A stretch of 64,000 nt of DNA from an uncultured Veillonellaceae bacterium (GCA_963805085.1 CAWDTA010000002.1:672001-736000); one strand, 5' to 3'; positions 1-15,013 are shown, numbered from the stretch's first letter. The notes: generated by a model from the letters alone, not told the origin. Numbers and translations: made by a program.

Positions 1-27
1 TTCATAACCGCTACTTGTTTTTTCATT
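1..27 (-). CDS. possible 5' end of the next ars-operon gene (truncated by window edge)
   Basis: ATG AAA AAA CAA GTA GCG GTT ATG AA is open to the edge just downstream of the arsA stop; identity cannot be determined. Confidence 0.3.
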
Positions 28-70
28 GTATATAACTTTGTATATAACTTTAATCTGTAGTTTTAATAAT

Positions 71-1807
71 CTAAATAGAAAGAAGTTTCTCTCCTTTAAT
101 TTCACGATCCTGCCAAGCGATCAACGCAAAGTTACCATTCGTATGTGCATCTACTTTATTGATCCATGCAATCTCATTGCTAGCCTTAGCTGAAAGCAGT
201 TGATTGCTAGTTCCCGTATAATAAAGCGATGCATTAATTACCCACCATTTTGTCGCGATGTTTGCACGTTTTAAATCTTCCTCAAGGCGCATTGCTTCAT
301 ATATAGGTGTAGGTTCAGCAAGCGCTACAATGATAACTTCCGTTTCTTCACGATTCCGGAGCCGTGGCAACAATTTTTTTATTTCTTCTGGAATATCCCC
401 TTGGGTCCGTTCAATTTCCTTATGATAACTTTGTGTAGAATCTAAAAGCAAAAGTGTATGCCCTGTCGGTGCAGTATCAATAACAACAACTTGATCTTCT
501 GCTTTTTCTACAATCTTTGCAAAAGCACGAAAAACTGCAATCTCCTGTGTGCATGGCGAACGTAAATCTTCCTCAACATAAGCCACATCTTCATCTGACA
601 TGACTTCTCTTGCTTTCGCGAGCACTTCGTCCTGATATTTTTTCAGTTCTACCTGTTCATCAATCTGGCTCATGGTAATACCACAGCTCTCATTAATAAC
701 AAATTTTAGATGTGCTGCAGGATCAGTAGTTGCAAGATGTACTTTTTTACCTTTTGCCGACAACTTCATAGCAATCGCTGCAGCTATTGTCGTTTTTCCG
801 ACCCCACCTTTCCCCATGGTAAAAATAACTTTTTTATTAGATCTATCTAAATCATCAATTACATCTTTAAGCTGTAGAATATTTTTTGCCTTGATCTTAT
901 CGTTGCTGACAATAATATTATCTTGCGTAAGGAATGCACGCACATTAGTAAGGCCTGTGATATTATAGGCACGAAGTGGAATGAAATAGCTTGTCATCGT
1001 TTGTAAGCATTGCGGAACTTCATCAAGAGCTTTTCTTTGCTGGTGATACAAAGCTTCTGAAATAACATCATCATAAGAGGTTAGTACCCCATTGATGATC
1101 ATAGCCTGATTGTCAATTCCAAGCCCAGCAAGTTCTTTTGATGCTCTTGCCGCTTCTTTTAATGGCGCAGCTTCAGGCCGCGATACAAGAATTAGTGTTG
1201 TTAAATCAGCATCCGCTAGAGTTTCTACCGCTTTTTTATAAATTTCTTTTTTACTTTCTAACCCAGAAAGCTGTCCAAGACAAGATGCTCCATGTGTATT
1301 TTTGCTAATAAAATTACTCCAAGCTGATGGGAGCTGTAACATACGCAAGGTATGCCCGGTTGGTGCCGTATCAAATATAATATGATCATATTCTACTTGT
1401 GTTGTTTCATCTGTAATAAAATTAGAAAACTCATTAAATGCGGCAATTTCAACTGTACAGGATCCAGAAAGCTGTTCTTCCATATTCTTTATTACCACTT
1501 CCGGCAGCTTTCCTTTATATGGTGCAATAACACTTTCTTTATATTCTTCCGCTGCTTGAATAGGATCAAGATTAGCTACAATGAGATTCGCTACACCTTC
1601 GATTGCCACGGCCTTATTCGTCAATTTCATAGCAAATACATCTTGCAGATTGGAGGCTGGATCTGTACTAACAAGTAATACACGTTTACCACGATCGGCA
1701 AGTGCTACAGCCGTTGCACAAGCAGTAGAAGTCTTACCCACCCCGCCTTTACCAGTATAAAAAAGATATTTTGTCAAAGAGAGCTGCTGCGGATTAAAAG
1801 GTTTCAT
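71..1807 (-). CDS. arsA: arsenite efflux ATPase ArsA
   Basis: Two P-loops (GKGGVGKT x2), two DTAPTGHT signatures, metalloid-site Cys (GSCT, ASCL, SPCT); start moved to ATG 1807, which overlaps the arsD stop (ATGA). Confidence 0.95.
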   Translation of the reverse strand: MKPFNPQQLSLTKYLFYTGKGGVGKTSTACATAVALADRGKRVLLVSTDPASNLQDVFAMKLTNKAVAIEGVANLIVANLDPIQAAEEYKESVIAPYKGKLPEVVIKNMEEQLSGSCTVEIAAFNEFSNFITDETTQVEYDHIIFDTAPTGHTLRMLQLPSAWSNFISKNTHGASCLGQLSGLESKKEIYKKAVETLADADLTTLILVSRPEAAPLKEAARASKELAGLGIDNQAMIINGVLTSYDDVISEALYHQQRKALDEVPQCLQTMTSYFIPLRAYNITGLTNVRAFLTQDNIIVSNDKIKAKNILQLKDVIDDLDRSNKKVIFTMGKGGVGKTTIAAAIAMKLSAKGKKVHLATTDPAAHLKFVINESCGITMSQIDEQVELKKYQDEVLAKAREVMSDEDVAYVEEDLRSPCTQEIAVFRAFAKIVEKAEDQVVVIDTAPTGHTLLLLDSTQSYHKEIERTQGDIPEEIKKLLPRLRNREETEVIIVALAEPTPIYEAMRLEEDLKRANIATKWWVINASLYYTGTSNQLLSAKASNEIAWINKVDAHTNGNFALIAWQDREIKGEKLLSI

Positions 1808-2190
1808 TCGCAGCAACCTCCTTTGCACTGACATTTACTGAATTTTTTTAATTTTACTTTTGTCTCTTGTTTTAGAAGCAACTCATTCGGCAACTCTAAT
1901 AGATTTATAAACTCCTCGTTTGTTGGATATCTCCCTGATATTATAATTGTGCCATCTAAAACAACGATAGGTAATTGATCAACTCCATTTATATTAATAA
2001 AGTCATTTACGATTTTGTTATTTACAAATTCCATTGGTGCACTCGTAAGGTTAAATCGTTCAACTAATATTTCATTCTTCTTCAACGTATTAAGAACCGC
2101 AGAAATACGAAGTAGTTCTGGGTCAACTCCTACGCCACAAATTCCTGTCGAACAGCACATTGCAGGTTCAAATATTTGCATTTTTTTCAC
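1804..2190 (-). CDS. arsD: arsenic metallochaperone ArsD
   Basis: EPAMCCSTGICG motif, GRYPT, Cys-rich C-terminus; GTG start at 2190 preceded by GGGGATG. Confidence 0.93.
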   Translation of the reverse strand: MKKMQIFEPAMCCSTGICGVGVDPELLRISAVLNTLKKNEILVERFNLTSAPMEFVNNKIVNDFININGVDQLPIVVLDGTIIISGRYPTNEEFINLLELPNELLLKQETKVKLKKFSKCQCKGGCCE

Positions 2191-2266
2191 AATAAACATC
2201 CCCATTCTAAAATATTAAATTTTTCCATCAATCTAAAAATCCTTATTATATAACACTTTTGCAAAA

Positions 2267-2306
2267 TTTAGATCATATATAGATTTTGTTCTATATATGA
2301 TCTAAA
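2267..2306. promoter_or_regulatory. perfect 17-bp inverted repeat, probable ArsR operator upstream of arsD
   Basis: TTTAGATCATATATAGA-ttttgt-TCTATATATGATCTAAA; core ATAGA-N6-TCTAT recurs at 2705-2720 upstream of arsR. Confidence 0.65.
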
Positions 2307-2382
2307 ATTTTTTTATCAATTCTATCCTAGTATTAAACGGGAAACTAACATTTATAACGATACTACACTTTTTATTAAAAAA

Positions 2383-2691
2383 TTACTCACTTTTATGACA
2401 AATACAATCTTCTTTGTTGTTTACAATTTGAGCAAATTCCTGATAAAATTTTTGCAAAGTCTCTTTGTTCAGCGAATAATACATCCATTTTCCTTCACGA
2501 CGTACCAACACAATTCCAGCATTGCTTAACACTTTCATATCATGCGAAAGCGTGGGCTGAGTAATATGAAATTTTTCTAATATCTTGCAGGCGCACAATT
2601 CCCCACAAGAAAGCATATCAACAATACGAAGCCGCTTAGGATCAGCAAGTGCTTTTAAAATTATAGAGTTTTTAACATACTTAGTGTCCAT
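2383..2691 (-). CDS. arsR: ArsR/SmtB family As(III)-responsive repressor
   Basis: KALADPKRLRI, ELCACKI alpha3 Cys site, QPTLSHDMKVL HTH; heads arsD-arsA. Confidence 0.92.
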   Translation of the reverse strand: MDTKYVKNSIILKALADPKRLRIVDMLSCGELCACKILEKFHITQPTLSHDMKVLSNAGIVLVRREGKWMYYSLNKETLQKFYQEFAQIVNNKEDCICHKSE

Positions 2692-2704
2692 TGAATCTCC
2701 TCAT

Positions 2705-2759
2705 ATAGAATTTTTTCTATCTATTTTGTATTATATGCTATTGTATAGAAAAGTGTCAA
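2705..2759 (-). promoter_or_regulatory. sigma-A promoter of arsR with overlapping ArsR-type boxes
   Basis: TTGACA (2759-2754)-18-TATAAT (2735-2730); ATAGA-N6-TCTAT at 2705-2720 and ATAGA-N6-TCAAT overlapping the -35. Confidence 0.65.
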
Positions 2760-2787
2760 TTCATTAAAAAATAATTTTTTGCATACG

Positions 2788-2818
2788 AAAAAAGCACCCA
2801 CAAATGTGAGTGCCTTTC
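2788..2818 (-). terminator. rrn operon terminator
   Basis: GCACTCACA-ttt-GTGGGTGC hairpin followed by a T run on the minus strand just after 5S. Confidence 0.7.
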
Positions 2819-2824
2819 ATCTTA

Positions 2825-2940
2825 ACCAGCAACTACCTACTTTCCCAGGGCGTTTCCACCCAAGTATCATTGGCCTCTAAGCGCTTAACTACTGTGTTCG
2901 GTATGGGAACAGGTGGAACCACTTAGGTATCGTCACTGGA
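2825..2940 (-). rRNA. rrf: 5S rRNA
   Basis: Reverse complement contains CCACCTGTTCCCATACCGAACACAG and GAAAGTAGGTAGTTGCTGG; follows 23S. Confidence 0.95.
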
Positions 2941-3050
2941 TCTTTCAGAGATATTCTCTGAAAACTAAACAGAAGTTTTATTATTGTATTCTTTGCATTT
3001 TAGTTATCTTTTATTTATCTAGACATGCTTGCATGTCTGGCTTTTTTTTA

Positions 3051-5983
<2,933 letters not shown>

Positions 5984-5995
5984 ATCGTACTCTTC

Positions 5996-6118
5996 GAACA
6001 CGTCTATAAACGCACATTTGCTTCGTTGCTCCTCGGTAAAATCACTCGACGTAATTTTCATTACGACTCGCGCTTTTCCCTGCGGTGCGCCTTGCAACTG
6101 TACATTTCTAGTCTGTTC
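5996..6118 (-). repeat. structured repeat (copy 1 of 3) in the 16S-23S spacer
   Basis: TGC-AAGGCGCA...GAGTCGTA-loop-TACGTCGAG...GCAACGAA-GCA long hairpin; same motif order at 44543-44663 and 47937-48116. Confidence 0.7.
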
Positions 6119-6461
6119 TAGTTTTGTACTAAAATCAAATAGCCATTAAGTTATACTTAAATGCTTAATTTAATCTTTTTGAATCCTAAAATGCTCGTTA
6201 ATTTACTCTCACTTCTGAGAGGTACTTTAAAACTTAAAATACATTTTATTTTCTTCTGTGTAGTTTTCAAAGAACATAAGCAGAGAACAAAAAGCTTCTG
6301 CTTTTTCGTGAATCGCTTAGTTCCGCACGTTAGTAAGGAACCTCTACTTTTCACTTTTTTTGAGTTCATACTTTCGTATTCCCTCAAAACTAAACAATGT
6401 AAATGAATTAATTAGATGTGTCGACCTCGGATTACGAAAGTACATTTAAACTTTCATATCT

Positions 6462-8024
<1,563 letters not shown>

Positions 8025-8234
8025 ATTTATTAGAAAGCCTAAAAGGCTCTTTAAATTCTTTGTTTCTTTATAATAAAGAAATTGACTCGCGATTCAAGAA
8101 CCGCGACGCAGCATCTCTGCTGCTAGTACTGACAGTTCACGAAGAACTGTGCAGTGCACATCTGGCATTAATTTTTTCTACATTGTTTAGTTTTCAGAGA
8201 ACACTTGCTAACGTCTTGCGTTGTCAGCTCATTT

Positions 8235-8363
8235 ATATTAACACAACGTTCAAGTTGTTGTCAACACATTTTTTAAATTCTTTTTTAAGAAGAGTTTCAT
8301 TTGTCGTCCGCATATCTCGTTGGCGACTTGTATTATATTACACTGTTTGTTTTCTTATGTCAA
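8235..8363 (-). promoter_or_regulatory. tandem rrn promoters P1/P2
   Basis: TTGACA-17-TAATAT (8363-8335) and TTGACA-18-TAATAT (8264-8235) upstream of 16S. Confidence 0.65.
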
Positions 8364-8495
8364 TAGTTTTTTTTAAGTTATTTAAGTACGCACTTTTAAA
8401 AACTCAGAAAGGATTGTTTCTAATTCTTTTATTAGAAACAATCCTTTTTGTTTATCATCTTCTAATTACTGCAAATGATGATTCAATTTTTACGC

Positions 8496-9512
8496 TTATA
8501 GATTTTCCGCTTTGATGAATTCAGCTAATTTAAATACGCTATTCATCACTTCTTGATAGTTTTCTGGTGTCAAAGATTGTGGACCATCTGACAATGCTTT
8601 GGATGGATCTGGATGCACTTCAATCATTAATCCGTCTGCACCAGCTGCTACAGCTGCCATCGCCATAGGTTTTACCATTCTCCATTTACCTGTACCATGA
8701 CTTGGATCGACAATGATCGGCAAATGACTCAAATGTTTCATTGCTGCAACCGCACTTAAATCCAATGTATTACGCGTATATTCTTCATAAGTCCTGATTC
8801 CACGTTCGCATAATACAACATTATGATTGCCTTCGCTAAGGATATATTCAGCAGCATGTAACCATTCATTAATTGTCGCAGCAAGACCACGTTTTAATAA
8901 GACTGGTTTATTTCCACGACCAGCTTCTTTCAATAAGCTGAAATTCTGCATGTTACGAGCCCCAATTTGAAGCATATCCGCATATTTAGAAACTGTTTCT
9001 ACCGCTTCCACTTCTGTTACTTCCGTTACGATTTTAAGTCCTGTCAATTCTCTAGCTTCTGCTAAAAATTTCAAACCTTCTGTTTCAAGACCTTGGAAAG
9101 CATACGGAGATGTACGCGGCTTATAGGCACCACCTCTTAAGAATTGCGCTCCACCAGCTTTTACAATTTTCGCTGATTCTAAAAGCTGTTCTCTATTTTC
9201 TACCGCGCATGGTCCTGCCATTACAACAAAATTACCGCCGCCAATTTTTACGCCATCAACATCAACAATACTCGGTGTTGGATGGAATTCTTTACTTACT
9301 AATTTATAGCTTTTCGAAATAGCAACGCTTTTTTCAACGCCATTCATGGCATCGATTGCAAGTGTTGCCATGATATTTTTATCGCCAATTACACCAATGA
9401 TAGTTTTCGACTCCCCTTCAACAATATGCGTTTGTAAACCAACGCTTTGTACTCTTTCAATAACCTCTTTAATTTCTTTTGCCGTTGCATCTGTGTTCAT
9501 AATAATTACCAT
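8496..9512 (-). CDS. aroF: 3-deoxy-7-phosphoheptulonate (DAHP) synthase, type I-beta with N-terminal regulatory domain
   Basis: [47 protein letters not shown]. Confidence 0.93.
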   Translation of the reverse strand: MVIIMNTDATAKEIKEVIERVQSVGLQTHIVEGESKTIIGVIGDKNIMATLAIDAMNGVEKSVAISKSYKLVSKEFHPTPSIVDVDGVKIGGGNFVVMAGPCAVENREQLLESAKIVKAGGAQFLRGGAYKPRTSPYAFQGLETEGLKFLAEARELTGLKIVTEVTEVEAVETVSKYADMLQIGARNMQNFSLLKEAGRGNKPVLLKRGLAATINEWLHAAEYILSEGNHNVVLCERGIRTYEEYTRNTLDLSAVAAMKHLSHLPIIVDPSHGTGKWRMVKPMAMAAVAAGADGLMIEVHPDPSKALSDGPQSLTPENYQEVMNSVFKLAEFIKAENL

Positions 9513-9546
9513 TTTATTTTACCACCTTTTATTATTATTATCTATT

Positions 9547-10422
9547 TTATAATCTAGGTTTATAATCAATTTTTATTACATTAAAGGAACCTAGATTCTT
9601 TAGCCATAAAATTTTTTGCGCGACCGCCTTAATGGCTGCTTTTACATTAACTTTATCGATTGAGTCTTCCAAGTCCAAAAAGAAAATATATTTTCCCAGT
9701 CCAGTGCGCGCCGGCCTAGATTCTATTCGCGTCAAATTAACATCACGTTTAGCAAATTCCAATAATACTTCACATAAGCTACCAGCCTTCGTACCATTTA
9801 TTTGGCAAATAATCGAGGTCTTGTCTTTTCCATTGACACTTGTTTCTTTCGGCTTGGTAAGAATTAAGAAACGCGTGCAATTTGTATTATTATCTTGAAT
9901 TTCCGTAGCTATCGTTGTGAGCGAATATAATGTACCGGCCCTATGACAGCCAATGACAGCATATCCTTTATGCTTCCCTTCAGCAACGATTTTAGCCGCC
10001 CGTGCCGTACTAGAAACAGGTCTAATTTCTGCCTGAGGATAATGCTCCTTTATAAAGCTGCGGCATTGCGCCAAGGGCTGTGGATGTGAAATAATCGTCG
10101 TAATTTCATCATCAGTGTTTTTGACCATCAGCTGGTTGTGTACTGCCCAGATAATCTCGCGCTCTATCTGCAGATCTACATCATGGGCTAATGTATCTAA
10201 TGTAATATTGATAGAACCTTCTATTGAATTTTCCACTGGCACCACGCAGCGGTCAATCTTCCCTTGCTCCACCGCACAAATCGCATCATAAATACTTGTA
10301 TAGGGTATCAGCTTCCATTCCTTGCCGGTATTATCTTGTTCGCCGTTTAAATAAAGTGCTACTTCTTCACTATGCGTACCTTTAGGACCAAGAAACCCTA
10401 AAGTTTCAACTACTTTTGTCAC
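9547..10422 (-). CDS. pheA: prephenate dehydratase
   Basis: LGPKGTHSE, PVENSIEGS, SHPQPLAQC, TRF, ACT-domain NLTRIESRP; start moved to GTG 10422 behind GGAGG and the T-box terminator. Confidence 0.92.
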   Translation of the reverse strand: MTKVVETLGFLGPKGTHSEEVALYLNGEQDNTGKEWKLIPYTSIYDAICAVEQGKIDRCVVPVENSIEGSINITLDTLAHDVDLQIEREIIWAVHNQLMVKNTDDEITTIISHPQPLAQCRSFIKEHYPQAEIRPVSSTARAAKIVAEGKHKGYAVIGCHRAGTLYSLTTIATEIQDNNTNCTRFLILTKPKETSVNGKDKTSIICQINGTKAGSLCEVLLEFAKRDVNLTRIESRPARTGLGKYIFFLDLEDSIDKVNVKAAIKAVAQKILWLKNLGSFNVIKIDYKPRL

Positions 10423-10449
10423 GTTTACACTACCTCCCTCCTTGAAAAT

Positions 10450-10712
10450 AAAATAAACCCTCATCCTAATAAAAGGACGAGGGTTTTACTCGCGGTACCA
10501 CCTTAATTATTTGCTAGAAGCAAATATCTCAAAAGTACGGGCTCTTAGCCGATACTTACCTTTATGATAACGGAAAGGTTCCGACACCACCTACCTAAAA
10601 TTCAGTGGGTAACTCCAAGGTGAACTTCAACACATTTTCTTATATCAGGCTTCCAGCACAACCCGACTCTCTGTAATAATAGAATATGCTTACTTTTCCT
10701 CTTCATCGTCTT
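10450..10712 (-). ncRNA. T-box riboswitch, Phe specifier
   Basis: AGTA/AGAGA/GCTG stem I motifs, specifier GAAG-TTC-ACC (UUC at 10624-10622), T-box AAGGTGGTACCGCG (10504-10491), terminator AAACCCTCGTCCT..AGGATGAGGGTTT. Confidence 0.92.
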
Positions 10713-10841
10713 TATTAAGAATTAAATTACTAACAGTATAACAGATACCGCTAATCGATGCAACAATATTTTTTATATTGTGTACACCTGTGTTTTCTGT
10801 AAACACTTTTGTCTGTTATCAGCGTTTTCCCTTACACGACA

Positions 10842-12341
10842 TCAATCTTTATCGACCCAACGCATAACATGAGAAACTGCATTTTGCCAGCCACTATAAT
10901 AGTCTTCTCGTTCTATTTCTGATATCTGTGGTTTAAAACAGGCATCTTCCTGCCATTTGCTTTTCAATTCCTCGATATCTTTCCAGACACCAACCGCCAG
11001 GCCAGCAAGATAGGCAGCCCCGAGTGCAGTGGTCTCCCTGATCCGCGATCTTTTGATCGGGACCCCCAAAATATCTGCTTGAAATTGCACTAACAAGTTA
11101 TTATTACTTGCCCCGCCGTCAACTTTCAAATCTTGAATCTGCATTTTGGTATCCGATTCAATCGCTTCGACAACATCACGTACTTGATACGCCATCGCTG
11201 CCAATGCCGCCCTAACAATATGTGATTTTGTCGTATCGTTTTTTAACCCGATAATCATACCACTTGTCTGCATATCCCAATACGGTGCACTAAGCCCACG
11301 AAAGGCTGGGACGAAATAAACACCGCCGGTATCGCCGACCTTTTTAGCCAACCATTCAGACTCTGCTAAGGTATCTAAGATACCAAGACCGCTTTTCAGC
11401 CATTGAATCGCTGCACCTGCAACAAAAACACTGCCCTCAAGTGCATACGTGATTTTCCCATTAATCCCCCAGGCAATTGTAGTAATCAAGCCATTATTAG
11501 AATTACAGAATTTATGTCCCGTATTCATAAGGAAAAATGACCCTTCACCATATGTGTTTTTCGCCATACCGGGCTCAAAACAACCTTGCCCAAACAAATC
11601 TGCCTGTTGATTGCCGGCATCACCAGCAATGGGTGTCTTCATTCCAAAAATAGACGGATCTGTATAGCCATAAATTTCACTGGAAGAGCAAACTTTTGGT
11701 AACATACACTGCGGAATGTTTAAATACTGCAATAAATCTTCATCCCACTTTAATTCACGCAGATTATAAAGCAGTGTTCGTGATGCATTAGAATAATCTG
11801 TCGCAAAAATTTTTCCACCACTCAGTTTCCACATAATCCATGTATCAATTGTTCCAAAAAGCAACTGCCCTGCTTCGGCTTTTTCTTTCGCACCTGCCAC
11901 ATGATCTAAAATCCAACGTATTTTACTGCCGGAAAAATATGAATTGATAATCAGCGAAGTCTTCTGCCGAAATTCCTCTTCTAAGCCCAGCTTGCGTAAA
12001 TTACGACAAATATCTTCCGTCTGCCGCGACTGCCAGCTAATCGCGTTATAAATTGGTCTACCAGTCGTTTTATCCCATACCACGGTTGTCTCACGCTGAT
12101 TTGTTATGCCAATAGCTGCGATATCTTCTTTCTTCAGTCCCGATTTTTCTATCGCTTCTTGTGCCACAAGAAGCTGTGTGCTCCAAATTTCCTCAGCATC
12201 CTGTTCCACCCACCCCGGTTTTGGATGAAATGATAAAATCCCCTTTTTTGCCACTGATACAATATTTGAATCGTTATCAAAAATGACCGCCCTATTTCTG
12301 ATTGTGCCCGCGTCCAAAGCCAATACATACCCTTTTTTCAT
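10842..12341 (-). CDS. glycerol kinase paralog with degenerate catalytic/ATP motifs (putative pseudokinase)
   Basis: Full-length FGGY fold, ITNQRET and DGG retained; DAGTIRNR, GNQQADL and TYGEG replace [15 protein letters not shown] and TYGTG of the neighbouring GlpK. Confidence 0.85.
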   Translation of the reverse strand: MKKGYVLALDAGTIRNRAVIFDNDSNIVSVAKKGILSFHPKPGWVEQDAEEIWSTQLLVAQEAIEKSGLKKEDIAAIGITNQRETTVVWDKTTGRPIYNAISWQSRQTEDICRNLRKLGLEEEFRQKTSLIINSYFSGSKIRWILDHVAGAKEKAEAGQLLFGTIDTWIMWKLSGGKIFATDYSNASRTLLYNLRELKWDEDLLQYLNIPQCMLPKVCSSSEIYGYTDPSIFGMKTPIAGDAGNQQADLFGQGCFEPGMAKNTYGEGSFFLMNTGHKFCNSNNGLITTIAWGINGKITYALEGSVFVAGAAIQWLKSGLGILDTLAESEWLAKKVGDTGGVYFVPAFRGLSAPYWDMQTSGMIIGLKNDTTKSHIVRAALAAMAYQVRDVVEAIESDTKMQIQDLKVDGGASNNNLLVQFQADILGVPIKRSRIRETTALGAAYLAGLAVGVWKDIEELKSKWQEDACFKPQISEIEREDYYSGWQNAVSHVMRWVDKD

Positions 12342-12539
12342 GCCAAATTCTCCTTCGTCATGACTGCAAAATTCTCTACTTCTCTTTGAGTTTTTGGGGT
12401 ACCAAAAATAAGATGAATTTTTGTTTCATCTTATTTTATCGTATTTATAGTCTTATGGAATATTATAACATGCTTTTATCAATAATATCAAAATAATTTA
12501 TATTCCTGTTTGCAGTTAGAACTTAAGATATTTATGGCC

Positions 12540-13754
12540 TTAAGCATGATAAGCTGCACTCAGCACCTCAATCGGATGAATTGCCTTAACGTCTGTCCCA
12601 TGCTCTATCTGTAGGCGACAAGTGCCACAGTCGGAAATAACCTTACTTGCAGAAGATTCCTTAATGCGGCGGAAAAGTTCTTTTCCCACCTGCATTGATA
12701 TCTCGTATTTGTCTTCTTTAAATCCATAGTTGCCTGAAATACCACAACAACCTGCGTCCGCATTTTCAACAACTACATTGGGAACAAGCGATAACAATTC
12801 TAATGCTGGCGTCCCGATGCCTTGGACTCGTAGATGACATGGTGCATGATAGATATAGTTGCCACCTTGCCCACTAAACTCCTGGTCAAAACGATTTTTT
12901 TCATGTAAATCCAGCAAAAATTCACAAGCATCATACACAAATTTTGCGTTTTCATGTAAGTCTGGCAAATCAAATAGCTCCGCATATTCTTGTTTGAGCA
13001 TCAAGGAACAACTTGTGCAGCAAGTAAGAATTGGATAACCTTGATCAGTCCATTTACGAATCAATGCCGTGTTTTTACGCGCATTTGCCTCTGCTTCATC
13101 TAAATATCCAGTTACCACCAGTGGCGACCCACAGCAAACAAAATTCTCATCGACAATAACTTCATAATGATTCTGTTGCATGACTTTTACAAAAGCAATG
13201 CCTACATCTGGATCATTTTCATTGATAAAACAGCCTGGGAAAAATACGACTTTATCTGGATAGGAGGTTTGCTTGATTGAGCGAAACTGCTCTAAAAATG
13301 ATTTGCTTGCGTATTGAGGCATAGGACGCTTGGAGGCAATGCCTATCATTTTAAACATACCTGTTTTACGTCCAATATTCGCACCTAAGTTTGCAAAAAA
13401 ACTACCAAATGGCAACTTACGCGCCAAGTTTATCATCTGTTCCCCATGTGCCAAGATATGATCTCTTAGTGGATGTGGATGACTTCTATAGTACTCGCCA
13501 CGCTGCAACATATTTAATGTTGAAACAGCCACCCCAGATGGACAGGAAATATCACAATTCTTGCAATTTGAGCAATATTCAAGTGACGCTTCTGCATCTG
13601 GCTCAGCGAAATTCAGGCGACTTTGCGCCGGTCCAACAAGTTTAGGACCGCGAAACTTGCTTGTTGCAGCTGTCACAGGGCAAGTTGTAATACAAGATGT
13701 ACAAGCTGTGCAGTAATCTGCTGTTCCTTTAGGATTTTCCTCTAATGTTCCCAT
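12540..13754 (-). CDS. glpC: anaerobic glycerol-3-phosphate dehydrogenase subunit C
   Basis: Two CxxCxxCxxxCP 4Fe-4S motifs plus two CCG domains; follows glpAB. Confidence 0.9.
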   Translation of the reverse strand: MGTLEENPKGTADYCTACTSCITTCPVTAATSKFRGPKLVGPAQSRLNFAEPDAEASLEYCSNCKNCDISCPSGVAVSTLNMLQRGEYYRSHPHPLRDHILAHGEQMINLARKLPFGSFFANLGANIGRKTGMFKMIGIASKRPMPQYASKSFLEQFRSIKQTSYPDKVVFFPGCFINENDPDVGIAFVKVMQQNHYEVIVDENFVCCGSPLVVTGYLDEAEANARKNTALIRKWTDQGYPILTCCTSCSLMLKQEYAELFDLPDLHENAKFVYDACEFLLDLHEKNRFDQEFSGQGGNYIYHAPCHLRVQGIGTPALELLSLVPNVVVENADAGCCGISGNYGFKEDKYEISMQVGKELFRRIKESSASKVISDCGTCRLQIEHGTDVKAIHPIEVLSAAYHA

Positions 13755-13765
13755 ATTAACCCCTC

Positions 13766-15013
13766 CTACAATGACATAGCTGCCTGATAAGCAGATACCA
13801 ATGCCACACCATTTCCTGATTGTTCAAAACAAAAATCATAACCACTCAAGTTACGTCCAACGACAAAAACGTTTTTAAGGAAGCAATTTCCTTCCACATC
13901 AAGCGGACGCATCTGCTGATCTGTATGAATACCAACCTGAGCAAACGGTTGTTTTTGATTAGAAAAAAGTTTTTCATTTGCCCACGCTTCAGCTTTTCCC
14001 TCAAATTGTACTGGAATATTGAAAATCGTTTCCTTTATCTCAGGAAAATTCTCCATCTGTAGTCCACCACCATAAAAACCACCAGTTGCTAAAATAAAAT
14101 GATCTGCTTGATAAGTGCGTTCTCTTGCGGCAGCTTGGGTAGTGATAGCTGTGCAGGTATGATTCCGTACAGTAGAATGCGTCACCTTAGCATTTTCCAC
14201 CATCGTTACCTTGTGCTTCTTTAAATAATTTAAAAGCAAATTGCGAAGCCTTAACCCATTGGCTGATGGCGGTAGTCCTGTAGTCTCCATAACATCACAC
14301 TGTAAATCTTTTTTCATGGCTTCCCAAATACTATAATCGTGCTTTAATCCTAAAACCTGTGGCAAAATGACCACACTATTTGCCTTAACAACCGAGTGCA
14401 GTTGCTGCAAACATATTTCATAACCATGCGGTGTGCTAAGCCACCGGGCAACATCAAGGGCCGTTATATCTCTGCCATCTTCTATGTCTGTATCAATCAT
14501 CACCGTAGTATACTTTTTCTTATTTCCTAGGCTATGTTGAAGATTTTCTTCCATTATATTTATATAATGATCTTTTAAGCCGTTAAACCCAACAAGTACA
14601 ATCTCTTGTTTCTCTAAGCAAAGATCTCCTAGCATCGTTTTTGGTACAAGGCAAGATGGCTTCATCGTGCCTAAAGCGGTCACTGCCCATTGATGTTTGT
14701 CTATGCTACCACTGTATGGATACTTTTCTTCTTCACATAACTCCATAAAAAATGTGACTGCATCTTCCAGTGTTTTTGTACCTATTCTTTTATAAGGATG
14801 CTCTGCTGGCAATTCCTTTATCCCTTCAGCTGGCGTAGTACAAACGGCATCATTAGTTGGTCTTGCCATAATATCAATCAAACCACTATTTAAAGGGAAG
14901 GACCCCGAACCATAGGTGAGCAGCGTTACTTTTTTGCCGCGTTTGGCACTGACAGCAGCTGCCATCAATCCGGCAAAGCCACCGCCAATTACGATTACAT
15001 CAGACTTTATCAT
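13766..15013 (-). CDS. glpB: anaerobic glycerol-3-phosphate dehydrogenase subunit B
   Basis: GGGFAG FAD motif, LPPSANGLRL, LATGGFYGGGL, SGNGVA. Confidence 0.9.
   Translation of the reverse strand: MIKSDVIVIGGGFAGLMAAAVSAKRGKKVTLLTYGSGSFPLNSGLIDIMARPTNDAVCTTPAEGIKELPAEHPYKRIGTKTLEDAVTFFMELCEEEKYPYSGSIDKHQWAVTALGTMKPSCLVPKTMLGDLCLEKQEIVLVGFNGLKDHYINIMEENLQHSLGNKKKYTTVMIDTDIEDGRDITALDVARWLSTPHGYEICLQQLHSVVKANSVVILPQVLGLKHDYSIWEAMKKDLQCDVMETTGLPPSANGLRLRNLLLNYLKKHKVTMVENAKVTHSTVRNHTCTAITTQAAARERTYQADHFILATGGFYGGGLQMENFPEIKETIFNIPVQFEGKAEAWANEKLFSNQKQPFAQVGIHTDQQMRPLDVEGNCFLKNVFVVGRNLSGYDFCFEQSGNGVALVSAYQAAMSL

Noticed and set aside
26-51. 12-bp tandem duplication TTGTATATAACT x2
   Set aside because: Only two copies in an AT-rich spacer; likely slippage, with no evidence of function
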